A stretch of 64,000 bases of DNA, taken from NCBI GenBank assembly GCA_041484665.1, contig JBGPIA010000001.1, forward strand, positions 813,296-877,295, in the 5' to 3' direction. The notes beneath the pieces were generated by a model that searched no databases, was not told the origin of the DNA, and was given only the letters and a program-made list of their open reading frames with translations. Shown piece after piece: positions 18,902-29,131 of the stretch (the first letter of the stretch is position 1; each line of letters starts with the position of its first letter). The position numbers were made by a program, and so were the translations under genes. The DNA comes from Candidatus Krumholzibacteriia bacterium (GTDB lineage: Bacteria; Krumholzibacteriota; Krumholzibacteriia; JAJRXK01).

Positions 18902-21523
18902 TCACCCCTTGCTCCCCGCGGATCGAGCCTCCGCCTTCGCCTTGCGGAACGGCTGGAAGCGGCTGGTCTTCTCGCCGGAGAGCAGGTCCTCGATGGTCAC
19001 GACCAGCACGTAGCGACCGGGCGCAAGCTCCGCGATGTCCACCTCGCCGCCCTTCACCACGTGCCGCTGCGCGGAGATGCCGCTGGTCTCCTCGAGGAAC
19101 GTCACGCTCATGGGATCGATGCGATCGTTGCCGCCGCGCCGGAACGACTTCAGGGGCTTGCCCTTGTTACCGCTCTGACGGTCCCGGTAGATATCGTAGG
19201 TGACATTGAAGCGCGTCTGGCCGTCCTTGCCTGTCGAGAGGTTGTACACCTCGTAATAGACATACACGTCTTCGGTCGCCTCGGCGTACACCCCGGCCGG
19301 AACGGGGATGATCCCATAACCGTGCTTGACGAACTCCACGGGGATCGGCAGTGGCGCAGAGCAAGGCGAGAACGTCGCCGCCAGCTGCAGGTCGGACAGC
19401 GCCAGCATCCCGGTGGTGGGCGGCTCGAGCACGACCTGGCTGCGCACGGCGCGGTGCCCGCCATCGCGCACGTCGGTGACGTCCAGAGCAACCTCGTAGT
19501 CTCCCGGAGGCAGGTCGGCGGCGAACTGCAGCAGCAGCGGTCCCTCGCCGTCGCGCGCCGCGGCATCCCCCAGCGCCCGCAGCAGGGAACCGAGGCGCCG
19601 TTCTGCACCCAGGGTGTGCCGCTCGTACTGGATGCGGTGGTGACCGCTGTCGAAGACCGCCAGCTCCACCAGGGCCAGCGCCGTGCTGTCCTGACGCAGG
19701 TCGGCGGGCAGCGGGAGCGGCGGACTGGCGGCGGTGGCTGGCCGCGCGAGGGCCGGCGTGCCGGAAGCTGCCGCCGCGGCCACGGCGGGCGGCCCCGGGG
19801 AGTCCTCCGGCTTCAGCGGCGTCACCGCGACGTACGCCTCCAGCGTGGAGCGGCCGGCACCGCGCTGGAATCCGGCGGTCACCACACCCACCGCCAGGGC
19901 GGGCTCGCGCTGTGGAGGCGGTTCCGCGATCAGCGGCACCTGCTTGCTGAAGGCGAGCAGGCTCTGGCGCGAGTCGCGCGTGGTCACCCAGCGCTTGTGG
20001 TAGGTGAGGTCGCGGAACAACAGCCCGAAGGCGTTGTCCGGCAGCCGGTAAATCCACATCCAGTAGCCCACGTGCTGCGAGACCCCAACCCCCAATCGCT
20101 CACCGCGGATCGGCGTGCCCTCGAACATGTCCAGCAGGTCGCCGAAGCCCGGTGCCTCGTAGCGAGTCTCCGTGGGAGGCCCCCAGCGGACCCACGCCAT
20201 TCCGGGCTCGGTCTCCCAGCCGCGCCCCGCTCCGTGCTCCTCGCCAAAGAGCAGGTCCGCCTCCACCATCCGGCGCCAGAAGACCAGCCGATCACGGTTC
20301 GCCAGATGGGTCGGCCAAGGGTTGCGGTCGCGCCACCACGCCTCCACGGCGACGCGTCGTACCGTGGTGTCCCTCGCCGCTTTCTTGAGGTTGATGCCGT
20401 CCTGCGGCTTCCAGTCGCCGTCTTGATGCTGCATGGCCGCCAGGAGCGTCGCGCTGTCGGCCACAGCCGCGTACCCGTGGCGCAGCGCGTCCTCCAGCAC
20501 CAGGCCCTTGCCGAGCAGGAAGAGCTGCCGGGTCCAGGGATCCAGGCTGTCGAGCGCTCGGTGGAACGCTCCCCACGCGGCCTCATCCTGCTGCAGCGCG
20601 GTGCGCGCGGCGCCCGCGAGCAAGAGCCCGGCGGTGGCGAAGGAGTCGCTCGCTGCAAGGTGATCGCCGGTGCTGGCGGCTGCGGCGTACTCGCCTAGGA
20701 TCAGCTCGCAGCCGCCCAGCCCCAACCACCCCGCCATCGAGGTGGAGTCGGCGGACACGGCCGCGGCGTACGCGTTACGCGCGCGGGTGAAGCGCTCGTG
20801 GTCGAGCAGCTTGCGACCTTCGAGGAACTCGAAGTGCGCCAGGCCCAGGTGCCCCTGCGCCTGGCCAGGAAAGGTCTTCGTGAGCTGGCCGTACCACCTC
20901 TCCGCTTGCCCCGGATACTGCATGCGCTGCGCCGTCGCCGCGCGCAGCCGGTACGCCTCGAACAGGGCCGGATCCAACGCGATGGCCTGGTCAAGATACT
21001 CGAGCGCCGTGCGCCGGTGCTTGAACATGTCGGTGGCCAGGTAGAGCTGCGCGAGGCGGAAGGCCAAGCGTCCGCGGTCCGGCGTCGAGGGCGTGGCCAG
21101 CAAAGCGTCGAGGCTGTCGATGCGGGCGAAGATCCGCTTCATCGGGAGCCCCTGGCCCTCCAGGGGTGGGTCGCTGGCGGGGGGCATCAGCCGCAGCGCC
21201 CCGGCAACTGCGGCGACGCAGTCGGCGACCGCCGCCGTGTCGGGCAGGGCAGCTGCATCGGCAAACGCGGTCGAATCGGCGAAGGCGGCCGTGCCGGCTG
21301 CGGTGGCTTTGTCGGCCGCGGCGGCTGTGTCGGCCGCGGCTGCCGCATCGGCGGGGGCAGCCGTGTCCGCAAGAGCCGAGCTCACGTCGATCGCGACGCG
21401 CTCCGCACCCGCGGCGATTTCGGTGAGGGCAGGCGCCCTCACGCGGTCGGCAGCGTCGCCCAGCGCGGCGAGCGCAGCGGCCGGCAGGATGAGCAGAGGC
21501 GCCAGGTTCCAGGCTCGTGGCAT
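18902..21523 (-). CDS. TPR-repeat and GWxTD-domain secreted protein with an N-terminal Ala/Asp low-complexity tract
   Basis: GRGWETEPGMAWVRWGPP matches the GWxTD signature. TPR-like helices LGLAHFEFLEGRK.... Signal peptide. An ADxAA repeat is encoded at ~21230-21400. Stop TGA. Confidence 0.8.
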   Translation of the reverse strand: MPRAWNLAPLLILPAAALAALGDAADRVRAPALTEIAAGAERVAIDVSSALADTAAPADAAAAADTAAAADKATAAGTAAFADSTAFADAAALPDTAAVADCVAAVAGALRLMPPASDPPLEGQGLPMKRIFARIDSLDALLATPSTPDRGRLAFRLAQLYLATDMFKHRRTALEYLDQAIALDPALFEAYRLRAATAQRMQYPGQAERWYGQLTKTFPGQAQGHLGLAHFEFLEGRKLLDHERFTRARNAYAAAVSADSTSMAGWLGLGGCELILGEYAAAASTGDHLAASDSFATAGLLLAGAARTALQQDEAAWGAFHRALDSLDPWTRQLFLLGKGLVLEDALRHGYAAVADSATLLAAMQHQDGDWKPQDGINLKKAARDTTVRRVAVEAWWRDRNPWPTHLANRDRLVFWRRMVEADLLFGEEHGAGRGWETEPGMAWVRWGPPTETRYEAPGFGDLLDMFEGTPIRGERLGVGVSQHVGYWMWIYRLPDNAFGLLFRDLTYHKRWVTTRDSRQSLLAFSKQVPLIAEPPPQREPALAVGVVTAGFQRGAGRSTLEAYVAVTPLKPEDSPGPPAVAAAAASGTPALARPATAASPPLPLPADLRQDSTALALVELAVFDSGHHRIQYERHTLGAERRLGSLLRALGDAAARDGEGPLLLQFAADLPPGDYEVALDVTDVRDGGHRAVRSQVVLEPPTTGMLALSDLQLAATFSPCSAPLPIPVEFVKHGYGIIPVPAGVYAEATEDVYVYYEVYNLSTGKDGQTRFNVTYDIYRDRQSGNKGKPLKSFRRGGNDRIDPMSVTFLEETSGISAQRHVVKGGEVDIAELAPGRYVLVVTIEDLLSGEKTSRFQPFRKAKAEARSAGSKG

Positions 21524-21656
21524 CGGCGACCGGGAACGAAAGAGGGGACACGGTGAAGATACCGGACCCCTCCCTGCCGGGCCAAGCCCGCCCGTCCACT
21601 TGGGCCCCGCTCGCGTTGGGCCCCGCTCGCGCGCAGCGGCTTTGGCGCGACGGCCG

Positions 21657-22331
21657 CTAGAGCGTGCCGCCGCCCTTCTTCTCTCTGGTGCTATCGCCCT
21701 TCTGGCGGCCCCGCTCCCGATCGCGGTCCTGTTGCTGCGCCTCCTTGTCGATCATCCCTTGCATCTCGGGGATGTTGAAGTGATGGCTCAGCTTGCTGAT
21801 CTTGTCGAACTCGAAGCGGCCCACGATATTCACGAAGACCGCCTGATCGTCCTCGCCCACAGCAACGATCGTCAGCCCCGAGAGCATCGGGCTCTCGCCC
21901 GGGTTTTGCTTGGCCCCGGGCTCCTCCATCTTCACGAAGACGCTGGCGCGCTCAGCGCGGTCCTTGACCTTCACGACCTGCTCCCAGTCCTTGTTGAGGA
22001 GCTGCTTGCTCCAGGTGTCGGACCGGCCGCGCAGCTCCTGCGCCTGCTGCTCGGTGCAATTGAAGACGTTCACGTCGACCAGCTTCAGCCCGGCCACCAG
22101 CCCGGCCAGATCGGGATCGTCCTCGCGCACCGCCCAGTCGGCCAACGACAGCAGCGGCTGCGTGAGGCGGACCTGCACCGTGGGCTCACCACCGAAGTAT
22201 TTCTCGAGATCCCCGAAGTCGAAGTAGCCGGGCTCCTTGCGGAGCTCCTCGGGAGTGATGCCGGCCCACGCCGGCGCCGCCAGCGCGAGCGCTGCCACCA
22301 CCACACCCAGGTGTCGCATGATCGTTCTCAT
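21657..22331 (-). CDS. DUF4252-like secreted protein (third gene of the ECF sigma operon)
   Basis: Signal peptide. Domain assignment by pattern recall only. Start overlaps the anti-sigma stop (ATGA). Confidence 0.6.
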   Translation of the reverse strand: MRTIMRHLGVVVAALALAAPAWAGITPEELRKEPGYFDFGDLEKYFGGEPTVQVRLTQPLLSLADWAVREDDPDLAGLVAGLKLVDVNVFNCTEQQAQELRGRSDTWSKQLLNKDWEQVVKVKDRAERASVFVKMEEPGAKQNPGESPMLSGLTIVAVGEDDQAVFVNIVGRFEFDKISKLSHHFNIPEMQGMIDKEAQQQDRDRERGRQKGDSTREKKGGGTL

Positions 22332-23113
22332 GTCTGTCTGTCCTCCTCCACTGCGGCTTGGATCGAGCCCGTTCGCTTCTCCGTCCCCGCAGCGCCCGAC
22401 GGCGGACGCCCGCCCCGGTCCAGCGCCTTGAGGAACGGATCGGCGATCGACGAGCGTACGTTTTCCTCTACGAGCGTGTTGGTCCGGTCCATCGTCTTGC
22501 CGACGATGCCCAGCGCCAGCTTCACCTGCTCGGCAGCAGCGGCGGCCGCCTGGGCGTCGACCCGGGGTTGCACGCCGGGAAGCTGCGGCTGTTCGGTCGA
22601 TGGCCCCGCGGCTCTCCGCGCGATCTGCACCTGCTGCGCGCGGCGCGCCAACATCGGAACGACCAAGAGCAGCAGGATCGCCGCCGCGACGGGGATCGCC
22701 ACCCTGCTCCAGGCCGGCAGCGGGAGCAGCCGGGGGATGCGCCGGCCCACGCGGGGAGCACGGGACGCATCGCGCGCCCCTGCGTGGCGAGGCGCCTGTG
22801 TGGCACGCTGCCTCGCCTCACCTCGGGCCGCCCCGGCGGCGGAGGAAGCCTGCGCGAGCTCGCGGTCGACCTGCGCGAGCACGCGCTCGACGACGACATC
22901 GGGGCACACGATGGGGAGTGTGCCACGGACCATCTGCCGCACATCGGCAGCGTCCTGCGCCAGCGCAGCGCAGGCCGCACACTGCGTCAGGTGCGTCGCC
23001 AGTCGCGGCTCGTCGTCCTCGGCCAGGCGTCCGTCCAGGCCGAGCTCAATCCAATCCTGGACCTGCTCGCACGGGACGGGGGTCATGTCCGTGGGCTCGT
23101 TCGGCCGATTCAT
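22328..23113 (-). CDS. Anti-sigma factor (zinc-finger type, single TM)
   Basis: HLTQCAACAAL (H..C..C) motif in the N-terminal domain, TM helix VAIPVAAAILLLLVVPML. Translationally coupled to the ECF sigma gene (overlap 23110-23113). Confidence 0.65.
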   Translation of the reverse strand: MNRPNEPTDMTPVPCEQVQDWIELGLDGRLAEDDEPRLATHLTQCAACAALAQDAADVRQMVRGTLPIVCPDVVVERVLAQVDRELAQASSAAGAARGEARQRATQAPRHAGARDASRAPRVGRRIPRLLPLPAWSRVAIPVAAAILLLLVVPMLARRAQQVQIARRAAGPSTEQPQLPGVQPRVDAQAAAAAAEQVKLALGIVGKTMDRTNTLVEENVRSSIADPFLKALDRGGRPPSGAAGTEKRTGSIQAAVEEDRQT

Positions 23114-23697
23114 GCCTGCGCTCCTTTGCTCGCGCGCTGCTCCAGCAGATCGCGAAGCCGGTGCCGGGCCCGGTGCAAGGTGACCTTCACCGAGGCCAGC
23201 GTCAGCCCGAGGTTGCTCGCGATGTCCTCGTACGTCATGTCGTGGACCTCGCGCAGGACCAACACCGCCCGCTGCTGCTCGGAGAGCTCCTGCATCGAGC
23301 GGACGACCCAGGCTGCCTCCACCCGCTGCTCGATCTGCAGGGCACCCTGCCCGCCATCGCTGACCTCCAGCGATCGGGCCGACCCAGCGGCACCGGGGTC
23401 GTCACGGCCCCCCACCGCTCGAGCGCGACCCGTCCCGGGGTCCTCCAGGGCATCCAGATGGGTGGCCTGGCGGACCTTGCGGCGGCGGTAGAGGTCGAAG
23501 CAGGCGTTGCGGCACACGCGCAGCAGCCAGCCTCGCAGCGCCCCCTCCTGCACCGTCCCCCCCACCCGCCAGAGGGTCAGGAAGACGTGCTGGGTGACGT
23601 CCTGGGCATCCTCCACGTTGCCGGACAGGTGCAGGGCGTACCCGTAGACCGCGTCCTTGTGGTCCTGCAGCAGGCTGGCGAATCGGTCGCGGTCCAT
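23110..23697 (-). CDS. ECF subfamily RNA polymerase sigma factor
   Basis: Region 2 DAQDVTQHVFLTLWR...WLLRVCRNACFDLYRRR, region 4 LSEQQRAVLVLREVHDMTYEDIASNLGLTLASVKVTLHRAR. Confidence 0.85.
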   Translation of the reverse strand: MDRDRFASLLQDHKDAVYGYALHLSGNVEDAQDVTQHVFLTLWRVGGTVQEGALRGWLLRVCRNACFDLYRRRKVRQATHLDALEDPGTGRARAVGGRDDPGAAGSARSLEVSDGGQGALQIEQRVEAAWVVRSMQELSEQQRAVLVLREVHDMTYEDIASNLGLTLASVKVTLHRARHRLRDLLEQRASKGAQA

Positions 23698-23777
23698 GGG
23701 TCCCTCCGCCCTCCTGATGCGATGGAAAGACGCGGGGGGGCAGGCCGGGGTTACAGGCTCGAGCCCGGGGACGGACC

Positions 23778-26267
23778 CTAGCCGCGAGGCTTCTTGCGCA
23801 ATGCCTCCAGGTTGATCTGGATCGACACGCTCGAGCGCAGCAGATCCTCCAGCACCTGCTGCGACGGGCGGGTTGGCCTGGGCTCCTGCGCTCCCCCGGC
23901 CGGCGGCGGCGCTTGGGCCGGCGCCGCGAGCCCAGCAGGCGGTGTGGGGGCCGCGGGTGCGCCGGCCGGTCCCACCCTCCGGGGCGCGCTCTGCTCCTCC
24001 ATCATCGGCCACAAGGCGGCCCGCACGGGCGGCGGCAGGATCGACTCGAGGTACTCCAGCGCCGTGCCGCGCAGCTGTGGGTCGCTGGTGTGGAGCCCCT
24101 CGTAGGCGATCGCGAGCGGTTGCCGCGGATACACCAACGCCAGCAGCGTGAACAGGTGCTGCAAGCTGCGGCTGCCCCGCTCCCGCAGCACGTCGAGGGT
24201 GAATGGGCTGTCGTCGGCCTCGTCCGCTTGGTCCAGCAGCCGCTGACTCTCCCACACCGCCCGGCCGAGCGCCGTCTCGCGCAGCACCGCCTCGAATACG
24301 CGCTCACGTTCGAACGCGATCGAAGGCGCGGCCCCCTGGATGCGGGCCAGCGCCCGCCCACACTGATAGCGCACCTCGAAGCGCCCGTCCTTCAAGCCCT
24401 CGAGCAGCCCGTCCACTGCGCGCGGAGTCGCCGATGCCGACAGCACGCGAGGCAATCGCCGGCGCACCGTGAACTCGACGCGGTCGTCCAGCAGCGCGTC
24501 CACGATTTGCCCGCACAGCCGGCGTGCGTTGGCGCGCAGCACCGAGGTCGCCTCGGACGCCAGATCATCGCGGGCGAGCAACGGGATGACATGCGCTGCG
24601 ACCGCGGGCTGCAGACTGCGCGTGCGCGCCAGCAGGCCGCGGACGCGTGATGGGTCGCCGCCGCGCAGCGCCGCGATCTCCGCGAGCAGCGGATCGGCAG
24701 AGGGCCCGCGGGCCCCGGCGGATCCGGCTGCAGCGGCCGCAGCAGTTGCCGCGGCCGGTCCAGTTGCCTTGCCCGGACCACTCCCCGCATCCACACCCGT
24801 TGCTGTGCCCGATCCTGCGGCGGCGTCCGCTGCGCGGGCTGACTCCGGCGCGCCGGGAGCACGCACCGTGGCGAGTCGCAGGCTGGTCATCGTCAGCATG
24901 ACCGTCGCGCGCGTCGTGCTGTCGAGCGTATCGGTGAGGTCGACATCCACGGCGCGCAGCATGAGATTGCGCTCCAGTGCGCCGACGTAGCTACGGTGTA
25001 GACGCAGCGCGACCCAGGCGCCCGCCAGCGCCAGGGCGACGGCCAAGCCCGTCAGAGCGGGTAGCGCGACCGCCGGCAGCACCAGCAGCACGAGCCGGAT
25101 CAGCCCACCGCCCACCGCATCGCCAGCGCGGTCCACTCCCACGTCGATCAGGGCTTTCGACGCGCGCTTCTCTTGAGGCGGCACGGGCGTGAAGAACAGC
25201 TCGAATCCCGAGCGGAAGAGCGAATTGCGCAGCACGGCCTCCAGCCCGCGCGCCATCGCGCTGGAGAGCAGCCCCGGCGCGGCCAGGGACGCGGCCGCCG
25301 TCGCGGCTACGCCTGCGGGCAACAGCGCGACCGTTCGCGCCAGCCCCAGCCGCTCCAGGCAGACGCGGCTCAACGCCGCCTGGATCAGGAACGCCAGCAA
25401 GCTGACGGCGACGTAGAAGAGCGCGAAGAAGCGCAGTAGCTCGTGCCCCTCGTACACGGCGACGGCGCGCGCTTTGAAGACGTAGTCCAGCAGGCCGGCT
25501 GCCACGGTCAGCAGCGCCACCAGCGCGGCGACGTGGCGCAGGTACGGAGCCGTCGTCAGGGCACGGAAGCCGGCGCCGAGGTCCAGCGCCGCCCCGGACC
25601 GCTGCGCGCCCGGCGTCCCTGGCGTCGCCGGCGTCCCCGGTACGCGCAGTGTGCCCGCTGCGCCCGACGCACGGCTCGGCGCTGCGCCCGCCACACCGCC
25701 CACCGGCCGCACCACGCGCAGCGCGACCGCGCACAGCAAGTGCAGCATGGACAGCATCGGCAGCACCGCGAGCATCCCCAGGTGCGTACCCAGCCGCTCG
25801 GCGGCGATGCCGCCCAGCAGCCCGCCGAGGGTGCCGCCCGCGGCGATGCGGCCGATCTCCCGCTTCGCCGCGCGCGGATCGAACGTCTCACCCACCTGGG
25901 ACCAGAAGCCGGAGATCAAGAGCGACCCGAGGACGGCGATCTCGAGGTACAGCAGCACCGACCCCACCGCGCGCGCCCGCAGCGCCACCGCCCAGGTCAG
26001 CGCCATCAGAACTGCGCTCGCGGCGAAGGCGCCGGGGATCACCCTCGCCGGCCCCCATCGTGCCATCGCCCGCGAGGCGAGCAGTACGCCCGCCAGCGAG
26101 AGCAGCGCGGACACCACCAGCATCGTGGGCAGCGCCGTGACTGGGAAGCTGGACAGGAAGAGGCTGTCGCGCGCCGCCTTGCCGGCGACCTGATGGGCGA
26201 TCATCAGGAAAGCCGCGGCAGTCGCGGCCGTGGCCGCGGGCGCTGGCCGGGCTCGGGCGTGATCCAT
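23778..26267 (-). CDS. TLC/AAA-family (ATP:ADP antiporter-like) MFS transporter fused to a C-terminal HEAT-repeat domain
   Basis: N-terminus ~12 TM with ...KAARDSLFLSSF... typical of TLC nucleotide transporters. C-terminal ~350 aa of HEAT-like helical repeats. Start at MDHARARP (ATG 26265-26267). Confidence 0.7.
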   Translation of the reverse strand: MDHARARPAPAATAATAAAFLMIAHQVAGKAARDSLFLSSFPVTALPTMLVVSALLSLAGVLLASRAMARWGPARVIPGAFAASAVLMALTWAVALRARAVGSVLLYLEIAVLGSLLISGFWSQVGETFDPRAAKREIGRIAAGGTLGGLLGGIAAERLGTHLGMLAVLPMLSMLHLLCAVALRVVRPVGGVAGAAPSRASGAAGTLRVPGTPATPGTPGAQRSGAALDLGAGFRALTTAPYLRHVAALVALLTVAAGLLDYVFKARAVAVYEGHELLRFFALFYVAVSLLAFLIQAALSRVCLERLGLARTVALLPAGVAATAAASLAAPGLLSSAMARGLEAVLRNSLFRSGFELFFTPVPPQEKRASKALIDVGVDRAGDAVGGGLIRLVLLVLPAVALPALTGLAVALALAGAWVALRLHRSYVGALERNLMLRAVDVDLTDTLDSTTRATVMLTMTSLRLATVRAPGAPESARAADAAAGSGTATGVDAGSGPGKATGPAAATAAAAAAGSAGARGPSADPLLAEIAALRGGDPSRVRGLLARTRSLQPAVAAHVIPLLARDDLASEATSVLRANARRLCGQIVDALLDDRVEFTVRRRLPRVLSASATPRAVDGLLEGLKDGRFEVRYQCGRALARIQGAAPSIAFERERVFEAVLRETALGRAVWESQRLLDQADEADDSPFTLDVLRERGSRSLQHLFTLLALVYPRQPLAIAYEGLHTSDPQLRGTALEYLESILPPPVRAALWPMMEEQSAPRRVGPAGAPAAPTPPAGLAAPAQAPPPAGGAQEPRPTRPSQQVLEDLLRSSVSIQINLEALRKKPRG

Positions 26268-26401
26268 TCCGTCCTCTTCGCGCCCCGCAGCGACCTCGCG
26301 TGAGCCTCCGCGAGAGGCAGGTCTGGCGTTTGACTGTTCGCGTCGGACCCGGTCATTATACTGGCGGTTCCGCCCAGTCGATCCACTCCAAGGAGACCCC
26401 C

Positions 26402-29131
26402 ATGCGGCCCTTTCCGCCCTCCCGCCCACCCACCGGCCGGCCGAGCCGGATGATCGCCCACCGGATCGCGCGCCCGATCGGCCGCCCGACCGCCGCGTTG
26501 CGGATCGTCACCCTCGCCGCCGTGCTCGCGCTGGGACGCAGCCGCTTGGGGGCGCTGGCCGCCGAGGCCGACCCCAACCGCCTGGGCAATGCCGCGGCGC
26601 CGACCTTCCAGGCCATCCAGCTCGATCTGGACGCCGATAAGACCGACTACACAGGGCGCACACGCATCGAGCTGAAGGTGCTGCAGCCGGCGAGCGCCCT
26701 GCGCTTCCACGCCGAGGGGCTCAAACTGGACAAGGTGACGCTCACCGGTCCGGCGGGGGCGATCCGGACCACCTTCACGGTGGGTGAGAACGCCATTGTG
26801 GTGTTGACGCCGCTCACGCGGTCGATGCTCATGCCGGGCGACTACGTGCTCGCCATCGAGTTCTCCAACGTCTTCGACACGCAGGCCACCAGCCTCTACC
26901 GCCTCAAGGCCGGCGAGCATGCCTACACCTTTACCCAGTTCGAATCCGACGACGCACGCGAGGCCTTCCCGTGCTGGGACGAGCCGGAGTTCAAGATCCC
27001 CTTCCAAATCACGCTCACGGTCCCCAAGGACCATCTGGCCATCAGCAATACGCCGGTGGACAGCGAGACCGTCGCGGGCGACCACAAGACCGTGGTCTTC
27101 CAGCGCACCCGGCCGCTGCCGGCCTATCTGCTGGCGATCGCGACAGGGCCCTTTGACGTGGTGCCGATCCCCGATCTGGGCGTACCCGGCAACGTCATCA
27201 CCGTGAAGGGGTCGGGGGGCCTGGCCGCGGAGGCCGTGCGCATGGCGCCGCCTCTGCTGGAGGCCCTGGAGCACTACTTCGACCGGCCCTATCCCTATGA
27301 AAAGCTGGACCTGCTCGCCGTGCCCGAGTTCTGGCCGGGCGCCATGGAGAACGCCGGCGCGATCACGTTCGCCGATCGCATCCTGCTCATCGATCCGCAA
27401 TCGGCCACGGTCGCCCAGCGGCGGTCGCTGGCCAGCGTGATGGCCCACGAGATGGCCCACATGTGGTTCGGCGATCTGGTCACGATGAAGTGGTGGGATG
27501 ACCTGTGGCTGAACGAGTCCTTCGCCACGTGGATGGGCAACAAGGTCACCGACGCGGTCTTCCCCGAGTACCAGCTGGGCGTTACTAGCGTGCTCGACGT
27601 ACAGCGGGCAATGGAGCAGGACGCCAACCTCACCACGCGTGCGATCCATCAGCCGGTCGTGGCGGGGGAGAATCTCGTGCAGGAGGCGGACGGCCTCACC
27701 TACGAAAAGGGTGCGGCGGTGCTCGGCATGTTCGAGACCTGGATGGGCGAGGAACCGTTCCGCAAGGGCGTGCTCGACTACCTCGAGCGCTTCGCGTGGC
27801 GCAACGCGCAAGCCTGCGACCTGTGGGCAGCCCTCGCGCGCGCCGGCGGCCAGGACGTCGGGGCCGCCATGACCGGCTACCTCGACCAGAAGGGCGTGCC
27901 GCTGGTGTCGGCGCGGCTATTGCCCGACGGCTCCGTGGAGCTGAGCCAGACGCGCGCTCTCCACTACGGCGTGCAGGACGCCGAGTCGGCGGCACGGCTG
28001 TGGACCATCCCGGTGTTCCTGAGCTGGGGGGACGGCGCGCAGACCCAGACGCAGACCGTGTTGCTCACGCAGCGCTCGCAGGTGGTCGAGCTACCCAAGG
28101 GCATCAAACCGGCCTGGATCCATCCCGATAGCGGCGAGCGTGGCTACTACCGCTGGAGCGTGCCGCCCGACCTGCTCACTGCCATGGCGTCGCGGGCGGC
28201 GGCCATTCTCTCGCCGCGCGAGCGCGTCGGGCTGACGGGCCACGTGGGCGCGCTGCTGGAAGCGGGCGAGATCCACGCCGATACCTACCTGAGATCGCTC
28301 GAGGAGCTCGCCGACGATCCGCAGCCCGAGGTGGTCGACGCCGTGCTCAGCCATCTCGGCGGAGTGCGCGCGGCGTTCGTCACCGCGGAGCTGGAGAGCG
28401 ATTTCGCACGCTACGTGCGCCGTCTGGCAGCGCCGTCGGTGACCCGCTTCGGCCTGGAGGCCAAGGAAGGCGAGCCCGAGACCGTGCCGGTGCTGAGGGC
28501 GAAGCTGCTCATGTGGTTGGGGCGCTGGGGTCACGACGAGGCAGCATTGCAGCGCTCCCGCACGCTGGCCGACAGCTACTTCAAGGACCGCCACTCCGTC
28601 GATCCGTCGCTGGTGGGCACAGCGTTGAGCCTCGCCGCGCTCAACGGGGACTGGAAGCTGTACAACCAATTGAAGACCGGGTTCGAGACCACCGAAATCC
28701 CCGCGGAGCGCGGCCGCTATCTAGCAGCCATGGGCTGCTTCCTCGACGCGCAGTACCTCAAGGCGGCTCTGCGCTACACCGTCACCGGGCCACTCCGCCC
28801 GCAGGAGCTTTTCACCGTCGTGTTCGGCATGGGCACGGTGCAGCTGGATCCGGGGCCCATGCTGTGGGACTGGATGACCGGCAACTACGACGCGATCGCG
28901 GCGCGGATCCCGCCCACGTTCATGGCCTACATGCCCTTCTTCGCCAGCGGCTGCGACCAGAGCCGCCTGGCCGCCGCGCGGGAGTTCTTCGCCGATGAGA
29001 AGCACAAGGTGGCGGGAACCGACAAGACCCTCGAGCAGGTCGCCGAGTCGGTCACCCATTGCGCGCAACTGCGCGATCGTGAAGGCAAGGCCGTGTCCGC
29101 GTATCTGCGCCAAGCCGTGGGCCTGCGGTGA
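26402..29131 (+). CDS. pepN: M1 family metallo-aminopeptidase (aminopeptidase N-like)
   Basis: GAMEN exopeptidase motif and HEMAHMWFGDLVT...WLNESFA zinc site. AAGGAG RBS 6 nt before ATG 26402. Confidence 0.9.
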   Translation: MRPFPPSRPPTGRPSRMIAHRIARPIGRPTAALRIVTLAAVLALGRSRLGALAAEADPNRLGNAAAPTFQAIQLDLDADKTDYTGRTRIELKVLQPASALRFHAEGLKLDKVTLTGPAGAIRTTFTVGENAIVVLTPLTRSMLMPGDYVLAIEFSNVFDTQATSLYRLKAGEHAYTFTQFESDDAREAFPCWDEPEFKIPFQITLTVPKDHLAISNTPVDSETVAGDHKTVVFQRTRPLPAYLLAIATGPFDVVPIPDLGVPGNVITVKGSGGLAAEAVRMAPPLLEALEHYFDRPYPYEKLDLLAVPEFWPGAMENAGAITFADRILLIDPQSATVAQRRSLASVMAHEMAHMWFGDLVTMKWWDDLWLNESFATWMGNKVTDAVFPEYQLGVTSVLDVQRAMEQDANLTTRAIHQPVVAGENLVQEADGLTYEKGAAVLGMFETWMGEEPFRKGVLDYLERFAWRNAQACDLWAALARAGGQDVGAAMTGYLDQKGVPLVSARLLPDGSVELSQTRALHYGVQDAESAARLWTIPVFLSWGDGAQTQTQTVLLTQRSQVVELPKGIKPAWIHPDSGERGYYRWSVPPDLLTAMASRAAAILSPRERVGLTGHVGALLEAGEIHADTYLRSLEELADDPQPEVVDAVLSHLGGVRAAFVTAELESDFARYVRRLAAPSVTRFGLEAKEGEPETVPVLRAKLLMWLGRWGHDEAALQRSRTLADSYFKDRHSVDPSLVGTALSLAALNGDWKLYNQLKTGFETTEIPAERGRYLAAMGCFLDAQYLKAALRYTVTGPLRPQELFTVVFGMGTVQLDPGPMLWDWMTGNYDAIAARIPPTFMAYMPFFASGCDQSRLAAAREFFADEKHKVAGTDKTLEQVAESVTHCAQLRDREGKAVSAYLRQAVGLR

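Noticed and set aside
21093-23183. 696-aa + strand ORF spanning the ECF sigma operon
   Set aside because: Ala/Arg/Ser-rich. Overlaps three well-supported minus-strand genes.
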